NCBI GenBank assembly: GCA_963696385.1
Contig: CAVOKF010000003.1
Span: forward strand, 224,001-288,000
Direction of reading: 5' to 3'
Length of the DNA stretch: 64,000 nt
Source: an uncultured delta proteobacterium
GTDB lineage: Bacteria > Myxococcota_A > Polyangia > Polyangiales > Polyangiaceae
Shown piece after piece: positions 19,021-27,775 of the stretch. How positions within the stretch are numbered: position 1 is the stretch's first letter; each line of letters starts with the position of its first letter. The translations under genes and the position numbers were made by a program. The notes beneath the pieces are model-generated. The model was not told the origin of the DNA. It did no database searches and saw nothing but the letters and a program-made list of their open reading frames with translations.

Positions 19021-19093
19021 TGGGTCGAGCGGGACTCGAACCCGCGACCTACGGATTAAAAGTCCGCAGCTCTACCGACTGAGCTATCGACCC
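19021..19093 (-). tRNA. tRNA-Lys (anticodon TTT)
   Basis: Reverse complement GGGTCGATAGCTCAGTCGGTAGAGCTGCGGACTTTTAATCCGTAGGTCGCGGGTTCGAGTCCCGCTCGACCCA folds into a cloverleaf with a GGTTCGA T-loop. CCA is not encoded. Confidence 0.97.
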
Positions 19094-19381
19094 GATTTCT
19101 TCGCCTTACCTATCGTTTTCGATCGACCTAGCTGCTGTCACGCGGAGCCTCGTTTGCAGTTGCCGACATCTACTTGCAGTTGGGGGGCGTTCGCAAGGTC
19201 CGCGATCGCTTCGTTCCGATGTGGCCGGTCCCGCCTCTTCGGCGTCGCGTGCATCCTGCACTGACCCTGCAACGGAGGTGCAAACGGGTATCCCGAGATA
19301 ACCCGACGCGACCTGACGCGCTTCGCGATCCACTGGCGAATAGGCACTTTCGGTGTCGCACGCACCCTCGAATTGACGATC

Positions 19382-19422
19382 AAAATCCGCAGCTCTACCG
19401 ACTGAACTATCGACCCGATTTC
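19382..19422 (-). pseudogene. Duplicated 5' half of tRNA-Lys (tRNA fragment)
   Basis: 19386-19422 matches 19063-19099 at 36/37 nt. Confidence 0.85.
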
Positions 19423-19791
19423 AACCCATTTTTCTTGCGCCGCCCCCGCACGGTTGCCTTCGGCGCCTGGGTCCAGGGCGTACCGCTGCACCGATGACCC
19501 ACGCCTGAAGGCGCCGGGGAAACCGAGACCCGCCTCGGCCACGGTCCGCACGACCCGTCGATCGTGTTCGCCGCGATCCCGTCCTCGATTGGAACCCCCC
19601 GCCGTCGCCTGCGCCTCGGCCGCTCCCGTCCACGTGGCGGACCGGACGCGCACACCTGCGCGATTGCATCGAAGACCTGAACCGAGGAGGCAAAACCTAG
19701 ATCGAAGATCGAAACTCGGACGAAATAATAGCCGGGCGACAATCTCCCACGCCTCATGGCGGTGGCTAACACGCAACCCAAGGAGCGGGCC

Positions 19792-20067
19792 ATGATGTTC
19801 TCGGAGAGCCTCACCGTCGACCGCGCGCAAGCGCTTTGGGACCTTGGACGTCGCCTCAACCGAGGGTTGGTGGCGTGTGAAGAGGACCCCAACGAGGCTG
19901 CCAACGCGCGCGGTCACGTTTTTTCGAGCGCCGACCGGGGTATGCCCGCGGTAGCCATCGACAATCAGGGACGGATTTTTGCCGTCAACGTCTCGGACGG
20001 AAGCTACGTGGTTCGCATCGGTCGCGTCTTCGACGGAGTGTTCCGCGCGTCGGAGTGGGCGCGATAG
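19792..20067 (+). CDS. Hypothetical protein (91 aa)
   Basis: AAGGAG SD precedes ATG 19792. Protein-like composition. Confidence 0.65.
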   Translation: MMFSESLTVDRAQALWDLGRRLNRGLVACEEDPNEAANARGHVFSSADRGMPAVAIDNQGRIFAVNVSDGSYVVRIGRVFDGVFRASEWAR

Positions 20068-20344
20068 CGATCCCCCTCCCAGAACCACTGGAGTTGCCAA
20101 CTTCGGAGCCCTGTCGAGCGCGCCAAAGAGCGTCCGCTCGACCGGTGCCCGTCCGGAATCTCCCCCGGTTCTCGTCCACTTCGAGGGCGACCGGAATCTC
20201 CGGCAGCTTGCGCGCATCGAGGCGCTCTTGCCGGCCAAGAGCATCGCCTGGCGCCGGCTGGACGTGGCGCGGCCTTTCACCGGCGAACGACGAAGCCGTT
20301 CGCGGGCTTCGCGCGGTGCACGGAGACCAGTCGACGCCTGTACG

Positions 20345-21019
20345 ATGCGTTCGGTGACTCCCGTGCTTGGTTCGGACTTCGGTCCTCGCCGCGCCATCGT
20401 GCGCGCAACCGTGTCTCTGGCTGCAGGAGCCGTCGCGTATGCCCTGACGTGTGCGCTGCTGCCGCGCACAGCCGCGATCCTTCTCGGTTGGAACGCCGCG
20501 GGCCTCGTCCTGCTCGGCCTCTCTTGGGCCACGATCGGCACGGCCGACGCCGATCGCACGCGGGAGCGAGCCGGTAGCGAGGATCCGGGTCGGACGCTGG
20601 TCAACGTCATCGTCATCCTCACATCTGGGGTGAGTCTTTTCGCCGCGGCGGCGCTGGTGCCCGGCGGCCATGCGACGGGTGCGACCGCGCATCAGGCCAG
20701 GGTCGCACTATGTCTTTTGACCGTCGCATTGGCTTGGACGATGACGCACACGGCGTTCACCTTCCGCTACGCCCATCTCTACTACCGAGAAGACGCCGAG
20801 GGTATAGGCGGCGTGACGTTCGCCGGCAACGACGTGGCTACGTACTTCGATTTCGCCTACCTCGCGTTCACCATCGGCATGTGTTTTCAGGTTTCGGACG
20901 CTTGCGTGACGAGCTCGCAGATTCGCCGGACCGTGCTGCTGCACGCCGTCATCAGCTTCGTCTACAATTCCGTGATTCTCGCGTTCGTGCTCAACCTGAT
21001 ATTCGGGTCGACCGCCTGA
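20345..21019 (+). CDS. DUF1345 family membrane protein
   Basis: LAWTMTHTAFTFRYAHLYY...YFDFAYLAFTIGMCFQVSD...IRRTVLLHAVISF. Confidence 0.88.
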   Translation: MRSVTPVLGSDFGPRRAIVRATVSLAAGAVAYALTCALLPRTAAILLGWNAAGLVLLGLSWATIGTADADRTRERAGSEDPGRTLVNVIVILTSGVSLFAAAALVPGGHATGATAHQARVALCLLTVALAWTMTHTAFTFRYAHLYYREDAEGIGGVTFAGNDVATYFDFAYLAFTIGMCFQVSDACVTSSQIRRTVLLHAVISFVYNSVILAFVLNLIFGSTA

Positions 21020-21049
21020 GCGCCCGATCGGTCCGCTCGGAATGGAACG

Positions 21050-21430
21050 TCAGCGGGCGCGGACGAAATCGACGCTGTCGCCGAGCCGTCCGAGCTTACG
21101 CGCTTCGAGGCACGCGGGCGAACCCGGTTCGACGATGCGGCAGTCGTCCGGGCGCACGTCGTACATCGTGCAGGCGAAGCGGCCGGCCACCGACACGTCG
21201 AGGGCCGCGCAACGCTCGCCCGTATTTCTCAAGAAGCGCCACCCCGGTGGTCGCGGGTCCAGGACGGTGAGTCGGCGCAAGACGTCGGCCCCGTCGACCC
21301 GACCCAGCACGCGGGCGTCGTCGCATTCGAGCAGATGGACCGTGCTCGGGCCGTGATGGCAACAGCGACCACAAGCGATGCAGTCTCCTCCGAGCGGGTC
21401 CGGAATGCCATCGAGCGATGAGAGAGGCAT
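21050..21430 (-). CDS. YkgJ family cysteine-cluster protein
   Basis: CIACGRCC...CAAL...CTMYDVRPDDCR. Start could be as far upstream as 21460. Confidence 0.88.
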   Translation of the reverse strand: MPLSSLDGIPDPLGGDCIACGRCCHHGPSTVHLLECDDARVLGRVDGADVLRRLTVLDPRPPGWRFLRNTGERCAALDVSVAGRFACTMYDVRPDDCRIVEPGSPACLEARKLGRLGDSVDFVRAR

Positions 21431-21475
21431 GGGCGTCGAGAACGTTGGCAAGCCAGGCAAAGGGACACGCGCGGC

Positions 21476-24400
21476 TCAACGGGGGTCCAAGGGCCACGCC
21501 CATTTCGCTAGACTTGGTGCGAGACGCGCAAGCTCTTTGCGCACCGCGGCAGCCGTTGGACGCTCGCCCGGCTCCTGTCGCAACATGGCAAATAACGCCT
21601 CGGCCATTGCGGAAAGCTCGGGGCGCTTCGCGAACGCCCGCAGAGGCGGTGGAAAGCCGTTATGCGCGATGTGCATCGCTATTTGCGCCATTTCCGTTTC
21701 GGCCTCGAACAGGACGCGCCCGGTCAGTGCTTCAAAGGCGACGCAGCCGAACGCGTAGACGTCCGCCTTCGCGGGGGAAAGGTCGGCCCTCGTGTCGAGA
21801 GATCCCCAGACCTCCGGAGCGCCGTACGGGCCGGTGGCGCAGCCGGGCCGGACGTGTCGCCCAGAAAGGCCGAAGTCGACCAGCACCGCCTCTTGCGCCC
21901 GCCTCAGGACGACGTTCGAAGGCTTGAGATCGAGATGACCGACCCCGACGGCGTGCATCGCCTCGAGCCCGGCGAGCATGTCATCGAGCGTTCTCATCGC
22001 GCGGGCAACCGTCAAGCCTCGCGTCTCGAGCAAGCTCTCCAGGGTGGTGCCCTCGACCAGCTCCATGACCAGAATGGGCTTCGGTTTGCTCCCTGCGTCA
22101 AAGGTGACAAAGCGCGCCAGATTCCGGTGTTGAGGAAGCGCCATCAGCGCGCTCGCCTCTTGCCGGAACAGCTTTAGAAAGTCGGCCTCGCTCAGGCTAC
22201 GAGCCGCTGTGGCCGAGTACTCGGGCACCTTGAGCGCGAAGCGTTCGGCGATCTCGTCGCCCTTGTCCTCCATCCGGATCGCTACGAATACGGATCCGGC
22301 AGCGCCGGAACTCAGCGCCCGAAGTACGTAGAAGCCACCGATTGTCCGGCGCGGCGACAACCACGCTGGAAGCGGCGCCTCTGCCGCCTTCGAGTTTCGC
22401 ACATCGAGAGTTCTGCCGTCCCGTGGCAGATCAATGATGCGCCATACGACCTCGGAGACGAGTCTTCCGATGGCGCTCGGCACCCCCGCTAGCAACGCGT
22501 CGAGGGACGCGGCGACGACTTGCTCGGCGAGTGCGCCGTCGGTGCCGGCCAGGACACGAGCGACGGCAATCGTGAGTGGCCGCAGGCCCCCCGGTGGCGC
22601 CACGGGTGCACGATGAGGATCCAGGCGCGCGCGCGCGCCGATGGCCAGCTGCGCGATGGACCCAAGGGCGACCTCGAGCGTCGATATGCACTCAGGCTCC
22701 GTTTCGCCGCCGGAGGCGAGATTGCGCAAGGAGGAGGCGTGCATGACGCCGGCAAGCGCTCCTCCGAGACGCACAACGACCGCGCGCAATGCCTCGCTGC
22801 GGGCCGAATGATCGACGGCCAATTCGCGCGTCAGATCGTCGTATGCGGGCAGAGCGCTCGACGGATCCAGGCGGACCGCTTGGGCGAAAATGGCATATTG
22901 TTGTAGAACGTGCACGAGGTCCGGATTCATCGACGCTTCCGCGAGCGTCCGGAGCTCGCTCGGTTCCACGGCGTGGCGGGCGACGACCAGGAGGACGTCG
23001 ATCGGATCGCAGGCTTCCACCCGGACGAGTGCGTCCAGGGCACGGGCGAACGCGGCAATGATCGTGCGACGGACCGGCGACGGAGGTCCGCGCTCGAAAC
23101 GCTCGAGGAGGACCCGAGCGATTCGAAGGCACCGCCTGCGCAGCCGCGCCGCGCGCGCGGCGTCCCTTTCCGCGTCGCCCATGTCGCCATCCGCAAGGTG
23201 CAGCAGCGCCCTAAGGCGCCGCATCGACAACGTAGGGTGGGAAGGGCTGACGGCGCCTCCCCCGGACGCGGGAAGTGGGCCCGCTTCGCGCAGCAGAATC
23301 CAATCGGTAATCCGGTCGCGCAACCCGTCGAGAGCGTCGTCTACGCCGGTCGACTCGCCCGGGCCGAGCGAAAGCAGATGGGACAATACATCGTCTTCGA
23401 GCAAGCTCAGATCGACATCGCGCAGCACCGACAGCGTCGTTCGGCGCGCGATCGATCCTGCGCGGCCGGTGGCCTCGTCTTCCTCGAGCGAGACCGCCTC
23501 AAGCGCGTCGACCGAGCCCCTCGCGGCCGACAGGACGTCGCAGGCACGAGCGTACGCGTCTCTCGCGCCATGGGTCACGAACGCCTGGAGTGCGCGAGCG
23601 ATCTGGGCGCGAACACGCTCGTCGTCGCGTGCTTCGCCCGCGAGAGAGCGCGCCACCTCCAGCGCGAGCGCGTCCGCACCGTCGTCGCCAACGCCCTTCG
23701 GCCTCGTGGCGAACAGCTCGAGAGTCCGCGCCGCCGCGCGGCTCGCGATGGGTGAATCGCCGAGCTCGGCTCGAAGATCGAGCACGGCTTCGCCCACTTC
23801 GATGGAGGCTGTCGCCGCCCGCTCCAGAACGTGCTCCAGGAGCCGACTGGCCTCATCCGGCTCGGCCTCGGCCGCCCGCGGAAGACCCCAAAAGAACGCC
23901 GCGGCGGCTCCGGGATCCCTTTCGAGCAGCCCTTGCGCGAGAGATCTCTCCGCGAGCTTCAATCCGTAATGGGGATCCACCGCGACGCTTGCGGCAATGG
24001 ATGCGGCCGCCCGACGCCACTCGGTGGGGGACAGGGACGGTGCGAGAGCCTCGTCGATCGATCGGCGAAGCGAGGGTGTCCAGGGCGACAGCAGCCCACG
24101 CGCGACAGCCACGTGCCGCCAAACGAGCGACTCACGGTCTGCCAGAAGCCGCTGCCACGCGGGGGCGACGATGTCGCCGTTGAAGAATCGAAGGCTGTGG
24201 TCGTCACCTTGCGCCGCACGCCGCGAAGCCTCGCGTGCGGCCCTTTCCAGTAGGCGAGCGGCCATGCGCCGAGAGGGCAACGATCCCGTGGACGGAAGGG
24301 CTATCCATTCACGAGCGAGATCGCGGCGCGAAGCGAGCGCGAGCGCGAGCGGACCGTCGGCAATCCCCGCCGACAGTGGCAACGCCGTGACGAGAGCCAC

Positions 24401-24811
24401 ACGCGCGCGCAAGCCGGGGGCACCGAGACCTCGCCCGATGCCAAGCGCCATCCGGCGCGCGATCGCGACGAACGTTTCCGCGTTGGCCACCAGCAGACGT
24501 TCGAGGACACGTTGGCCGAGCTCGCGCTGCTCGGGGCCGAGCGGAAGCGCCGACGCGAGCTCATGAAGAGCCGCGCCGGCCGCGGCGGGAGCCAGCCAGT
24601 CGAGGTCCTCGACGAGACCGGCCTTCAACGCTGTCCGGACTCCGGCGAGCAGAGCGGTCGGTTGAAGTCCTTCGAGGGGGCCCGGGCCTTCTTCGGCCGT
24701 CGCACGTGCCAGCGCGGCCATCGATTGCCGCCAGGAAGCTCTCTGATCAGCGACTCCTTCGAGCTTGTCGAGCTCGAGGAGGCTACTCGCGTAAAAGGTC
24801 GCGTCGCGCAC
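21476..24811 (-). CDS. Ser/Thr protein kinase with ~820-aa helical N-terminal region
   Basis: C-terminal kinase domain: FALK, HLDLKPSN, DFG, YGAPE, DVYAFG. Confidence 0.9.
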   Translation of the reverse strand: MRDATFYASSLLELDKLEGVADQRASWRQSMAALARATAEEGPGPLEGLQPTALLAGVRTALKAGLVEDLDWLAPAAAGAALHELASALPLGPEQRELGQRVLERLLVANAETFVAIARRMALGIGRGLGAPGLRARVALVTALPLSAGIADGPLALALASRRDLAREWIALPSTGSLPSRRMAARLLERAAREASRRAAQGDDHSLRFFNGDIVAPAWQRLLADRESLVWRHVAVARGLLSPWTPSLRRSIDEALAPSLSPTEWRRAAASIAASVAVDPHYGLKLAERSLAQGLLERDPGAAAAFFWGLPRAAEAEPDEASRLLEHVLERAATASIEVGEAVLDLRAELGDSPIASRAAARTLELFATRPKGVGDDGADALALEVARSLAGEARDDERVRAQIARALQAFVTHGARDAYARACDVLSAARGSVDALEAVSLEEDEATGRAGSIARRTTLSVLRDVDLSLLEDDVLSHLLSLGPGESTGVDDALDGLRDRITDWILLREAGPLPASGGGAVSPSHPTLSMRRLRALLHLADGDMGDAERDAARAARLRRRCLRIARVLLERFERGPPSPVRRTIIAAFARALDALVRVEACDPIDVLLVVARHAVEPSELRTLAEASMNPDLVHVLQQYAIFAQAVRLDPSSALPAYDDLTRELAVDHSARSEALRAVVVRLGGALAGVMHASSLRNLASGGETEPECISTLEVALGSIAQLAIGARARLDPHRAPVAPPGGLRPLTIAVARVLAGTDGALAEQVVAASLDALLAGVPSAIGRLVSEVVWRIIDLPRDGRTLDVRNSKAAEAPLPAWLSPRRTIGGFYVLRALSSGAAGSVFVAIRMEDKGDEIAERFALKVPEYSATAARSLSEADFLKLFRQEASALMALPQHRNLARFVTFDAGSKPKPILVMELVEGTTLESLLETRGLTVARAMRTLDDMLAGLEAMHAVGVGHLDLKPSNVVLRRAQEAVLVDFGLSGRHVRPGCATGPYGAPEVWGSLDTRADLSPAKADVYAFGCVAFEALTGRVLFEAETEMAQIAMHIAHNGFPPPLRAFAKRPELSAMAEALFAMLRQEPGERPTAAAVRKELARLAPSLAKWAWPLDPR

Positions 24812-24993
24812 GCTGCTCTCGGTCTCTGGAACTCGGTTTAGGGTACAGGGTTCGCCCTCCGCGAGGAAACGTTGCTTTGCCAGAAGCCTCCTCGCCTCGC
24901 GCCTTGCTCTTCGCGACGTCCAGGAGCTCTGGCGGCAAATCCCAGGATGGCCACTCCGAATTTTGCTCGCCGCGTGCTATGGGCCCGACGCGC

Positions 24994-26673
24994 ATGATTG
25001 TCCTGAACAACGTCACCAAGCGCTACGGGCCCAAGATCCTCTTCGAGAACGTCAGCGTGCAGTTCGACCCCGGCAAGCGCTACGGCGTTACGGGCGCAAA
25101 CGGGGCCGGTAAGTCGACGCTCATCGAGATGTTGGCGGGGCAAGAGGATTGGGACGCCGGCAGTATCGACGTGCCGGGAGGCCTGCGGGTGGGCGTCCTC
25201 GAGCAGAACCATTTCACCTACGATGGGCAGCGTATCATCGACACGGTCATGGCCGGCAAGGCCGAGCTCTGGGCGGCGATGGTCGAGAAGGACAAACTCT
25301 TGGCCGGCGAGGTCGACGACGCAGTCGGCGTCCGGCTGGCTGAGCTCGAAGGGGTGATTGCCGACTACGATGGGTATTCGGCGGAGGGCGAGGCGGCCGA
25401 GCTGCTGGTCGGTCTCGGGATCGGCGGCGAGCGCCACGCCGACGCGATGAAGACGCTGCCCGCCGGATACAAGCTGCGTGTGCTTCTCGCCAAGGTGCTC
25501 TTCGGGCGGCCCGACGTCATGCTGTTGGACGAGCCGACCAACCATCTTGATCTCGAGTCGATTCATTGGCTCATCCGATTCCTGGTCGACGAGCACAAGG
25601 GAACCCTCCTGGTGGTCTCGCACGACCGGCATTTTCTCAATTCGGTCGCCACGCACGTGGCCGACATCGATTTCCGCACGGTCACGATCTACACGGGCAA
25701 CTACGCCGAGTTCGTGGGCGCCAAGTACGAGAACCAGCAGCGAGCGGAAGCCACGGCCCAGAGCGCGAAAAAGAAGATTGGCGAGCTGCAGGATTTCGTG
25801 CAGCGCTTCGGTTCCCACGCATCCAAGAGCAAACAAGCGCAAAGCCGTCTGAAGCAAATCGAGAAGCTCGAGGACATCGTCGAGACAAAAGGAGCCAAGC
25901 GTTCGAGCCTTGTGCGCCCGTACGTTCGATTCGACATCGCGAAGCCGAGCGGGCGAGACGTGGCGCGGGTCGACGCGGTGCGCAAGGGCTTCGGCCACAA
26001 CATCGTCCTCGACGGGGTTACGCTGAACTTGAACCGCGGTGATCGCGTCGCCGTGATCGGTCGGAGTGGCATCGGAAAGTCGACGCTCCTCAAGCTACTC
26101 GTCGGCGCATACAAGGAACTCGACTCCGAGACCCAGCCGTATGCGCTGGCGCCGGACGCGGGAGACGTCCGATGGGGTCATGACGCAAGCGTTGGCTACT
26201 TTGCCCAGGACCACCACGAAGCGCTCGGAGCCACGGCCAAGGGGACGACGCCGTACGATTGGCTGTATCGTTTCGATCCCACACGGACCAAGGAAGACAT
26301 CCGATCCATTCTCGGGCGATTGTTGTTCAGTGGAGAGGCCGCACTGAAGCCGACGGAAGCGCTTTCCGGTGGTGAGGCAGCGAGACTGCTCCTAGGAAAA
26401 ATGGTCCTCGGGCGGCACAACGTGCTGGTGCTGGACGAGCCGACCAACCACCTGGACATCGAGTCGATTGAGGGCCTGCTCGAGGGCCTGATCAAGTTCG
26501 AGGGGACGGTCGTGTTCGTGAGCCACGACCACCACTTCGTGTCTCGACTCGCCACACGCGTGATCGATCTTCGCGACCGCGCGTCGGGCACGGCGCGCCG
26601 CGGCTGCGAACTCGTCGACTTCACAGGAACCTACGACGAATACGTCGACCGCAATGCCCGTGCGGCAGGCTGA
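24994..26673 (+). CDS. ABC-F family ATPase (YbiT-like)
   Basis: Two ABC domains (GANGAGKS, GRSGIGKS, LDEPTNHLD twice, LSGGE) and no TM segments. Confidence 0.93.
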   Translation: MIVLNNVTKRYGPKILFENVSVQFDPGKRYGVTGANGAGKSTLIEMLAGQEDWDAGSIDVPGGLRVGVLEQNHFTYDGQRIIDTVMAGKAELWAAMVEKDKLLAGEVDDAVGVRLAELEGVIADYDGYSAEGEAAELLVGLGIGGERHADAMKTLPAGYKLRVLLAKVLFGRPDVMLLDEPTNHLDLESIHWLIRFLVDEHKGTLLVVSHDRHFLNSVATHVADIDFRTVTIYTGNYAEFVGAKYENQQRAEATAQSAKKKIGELQDFVQRFGSHASKSKQAQSRLKQIEKLEDIVETKGAKRSSLVRPYVRFDIAKPSGRDVARVDAVRKGFGHNIVLDGVTLNLNRGDRVAVIGRSGIGKSTLLKLLVGAYKELDSETQPYALAPDAGDVRWGHDASVGYFAQDHHEALGATAKGTTPYDWLYRFDPTRTKEDIRSILGRLLFSGEAALKPTEALSGGEAARLLLGKMVLGRHNVLVLDEPTNHLDIESIEGLLEGLIKFEGTVVFVSHDHHFVSRLATRVIDLRDRASGTARRGCELVDFTGTYDEYVDRNARAAG

Positions 26674-26689
26674 GCCGCCGTCGCCGAAG

Positions 26690-27775
26690 TCAGATCGAGG
26701 GCGCCGCGGCTCGGTTCGCGGACGTGACGAGCTTGGCGAAGGCCTCCTTGTCCGACGCCTTTTGTAGCGCCACTTCCGGCGCGACCGTTCCGTCCCGGAC
26801 GTGCCGCTCGAGCGACATGTCCATCGTTTGCATCCCCTGGCCCTGGCCGGCTTGCATCAGGCTGGGAATCTGGAATGTCTTGTTTTCGCGAATCATGGAC
26901 GCGAGAGCGGGGGATCCGATGAGAATTTCGTGTGCCGCGACGCGACGCGTGCCATCCGCGGTCCGGAGCAATTGCTGCGCGACGATTCCCGCGAGGCTTT
27001 CAGCAAGCATGCCGCGTACCTGTGGCTGCTCGTCGGCGGGAAAGGCGTTGACGATACGGTCAATCGTCGCGGCGGCGCTGTTGGTGTGGACCGTGGCAAA
27101 CACGAGGATGCCGAAGCTCGCGAGCTGGAGTGCGAGTTTCATCGTCTCATTGGTCCTAAGCTCCCCGATCAACATGACGTTCGGATCTTCGCGTCCCGCG
27201 CTGCGGATGGCGTGAGCATACGTCGAAGCGTGAACGCCAATCTCGCGGTGGGTGATGGCTGCCTTGCGTGGAACGTGAACGAACTCGACGGGGTCTTCGA
27301 TGGTCAGCACGTGACATGCCCGGGTCCCGTTGATGCGATCGATCATTGCCGCCAGAGTCGTCGATTTGCCGGAACCGGTCGGCCCCGTCACGAGCACGAG
27401 TCCCGATCGCCGGTCGGCAAGCTTACGTACCGCAGCGGGGCACGCCAGATCGTCCAGCGATAGCACGTGGGTGGGAATCGTCCGAAACACCGCCGCGAGA
27501 CCGGTGACCTTGTGGAAGTAGTTGGCGCGGAAACGCGCCTTGTCTTCGTACGCGTACGCGAAGTCCAGATCGAGATTGTCCAGGATGGTCTGCCTCTGTT
27601 CCGCCGTGACGATTTCGAAAAGGAGCGACGCCATCTCATCGGGCTCGACCGGTGTGTCCCGGATCGGGACCAGCGTGCCGCGCGCTCGGATCATCGGTGG
27701 GTAACCTATCCCGAGGTGCAAATCGCTACCGCCGGCGGCGAGCAACGCGTCGAAGAGTCGATCGATCTGCGCCAT
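26690..27775 (-). CDS. pilT: PilT/PilU-family type IV pilus retraction ATPase (paralog 2)
   Basis: SDLHL, GPTGSGKSTT, TIEDPVE, REDPN, GELR, GMQTMD. Start overlaps the upstream stop (TAATG). Confidence 0.9.
   Translation of the reverse strand: MAQIDRLFDALLAAGGSDLHLGIGYPPMIRARGTLVPIRDTPVEPDEMASLLFEIVTAEQRQTILDNLDLDFAYAYEDKARFRANYFHKVTGLAAVFRTIPTHVLSLDDLACPAAVRKLADRRSGLVLVTGPTGSGKSTTLAAMIDRINGTRACHVLTIEDPVEFVHVPRKAAITHREIGVHASTYAHAIRSAGREDPNVMLIGELRTNETMKLALQLASFGILVFATVHTNSAAATIDRIVNAFPADEQPQVRGMLAESLAGIVAQQLLRTADGTRRVAAHEILIGSPALASMIRENKTFQIPSLMQAGQGQGMQTMDMSLERHVRDGTVAPEVALQKASDKEAFAKLVTSANRAAAPSI

Noticed and set aside
19138..20622. 494-aa minus-strand ORF across the tRNA-adjacent region as an integrase or transposase
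   Set aside because: No recombinase or transposase motifs. It has Arg-rich shadow-like composition and overlaps better-supported plus-strand genes.
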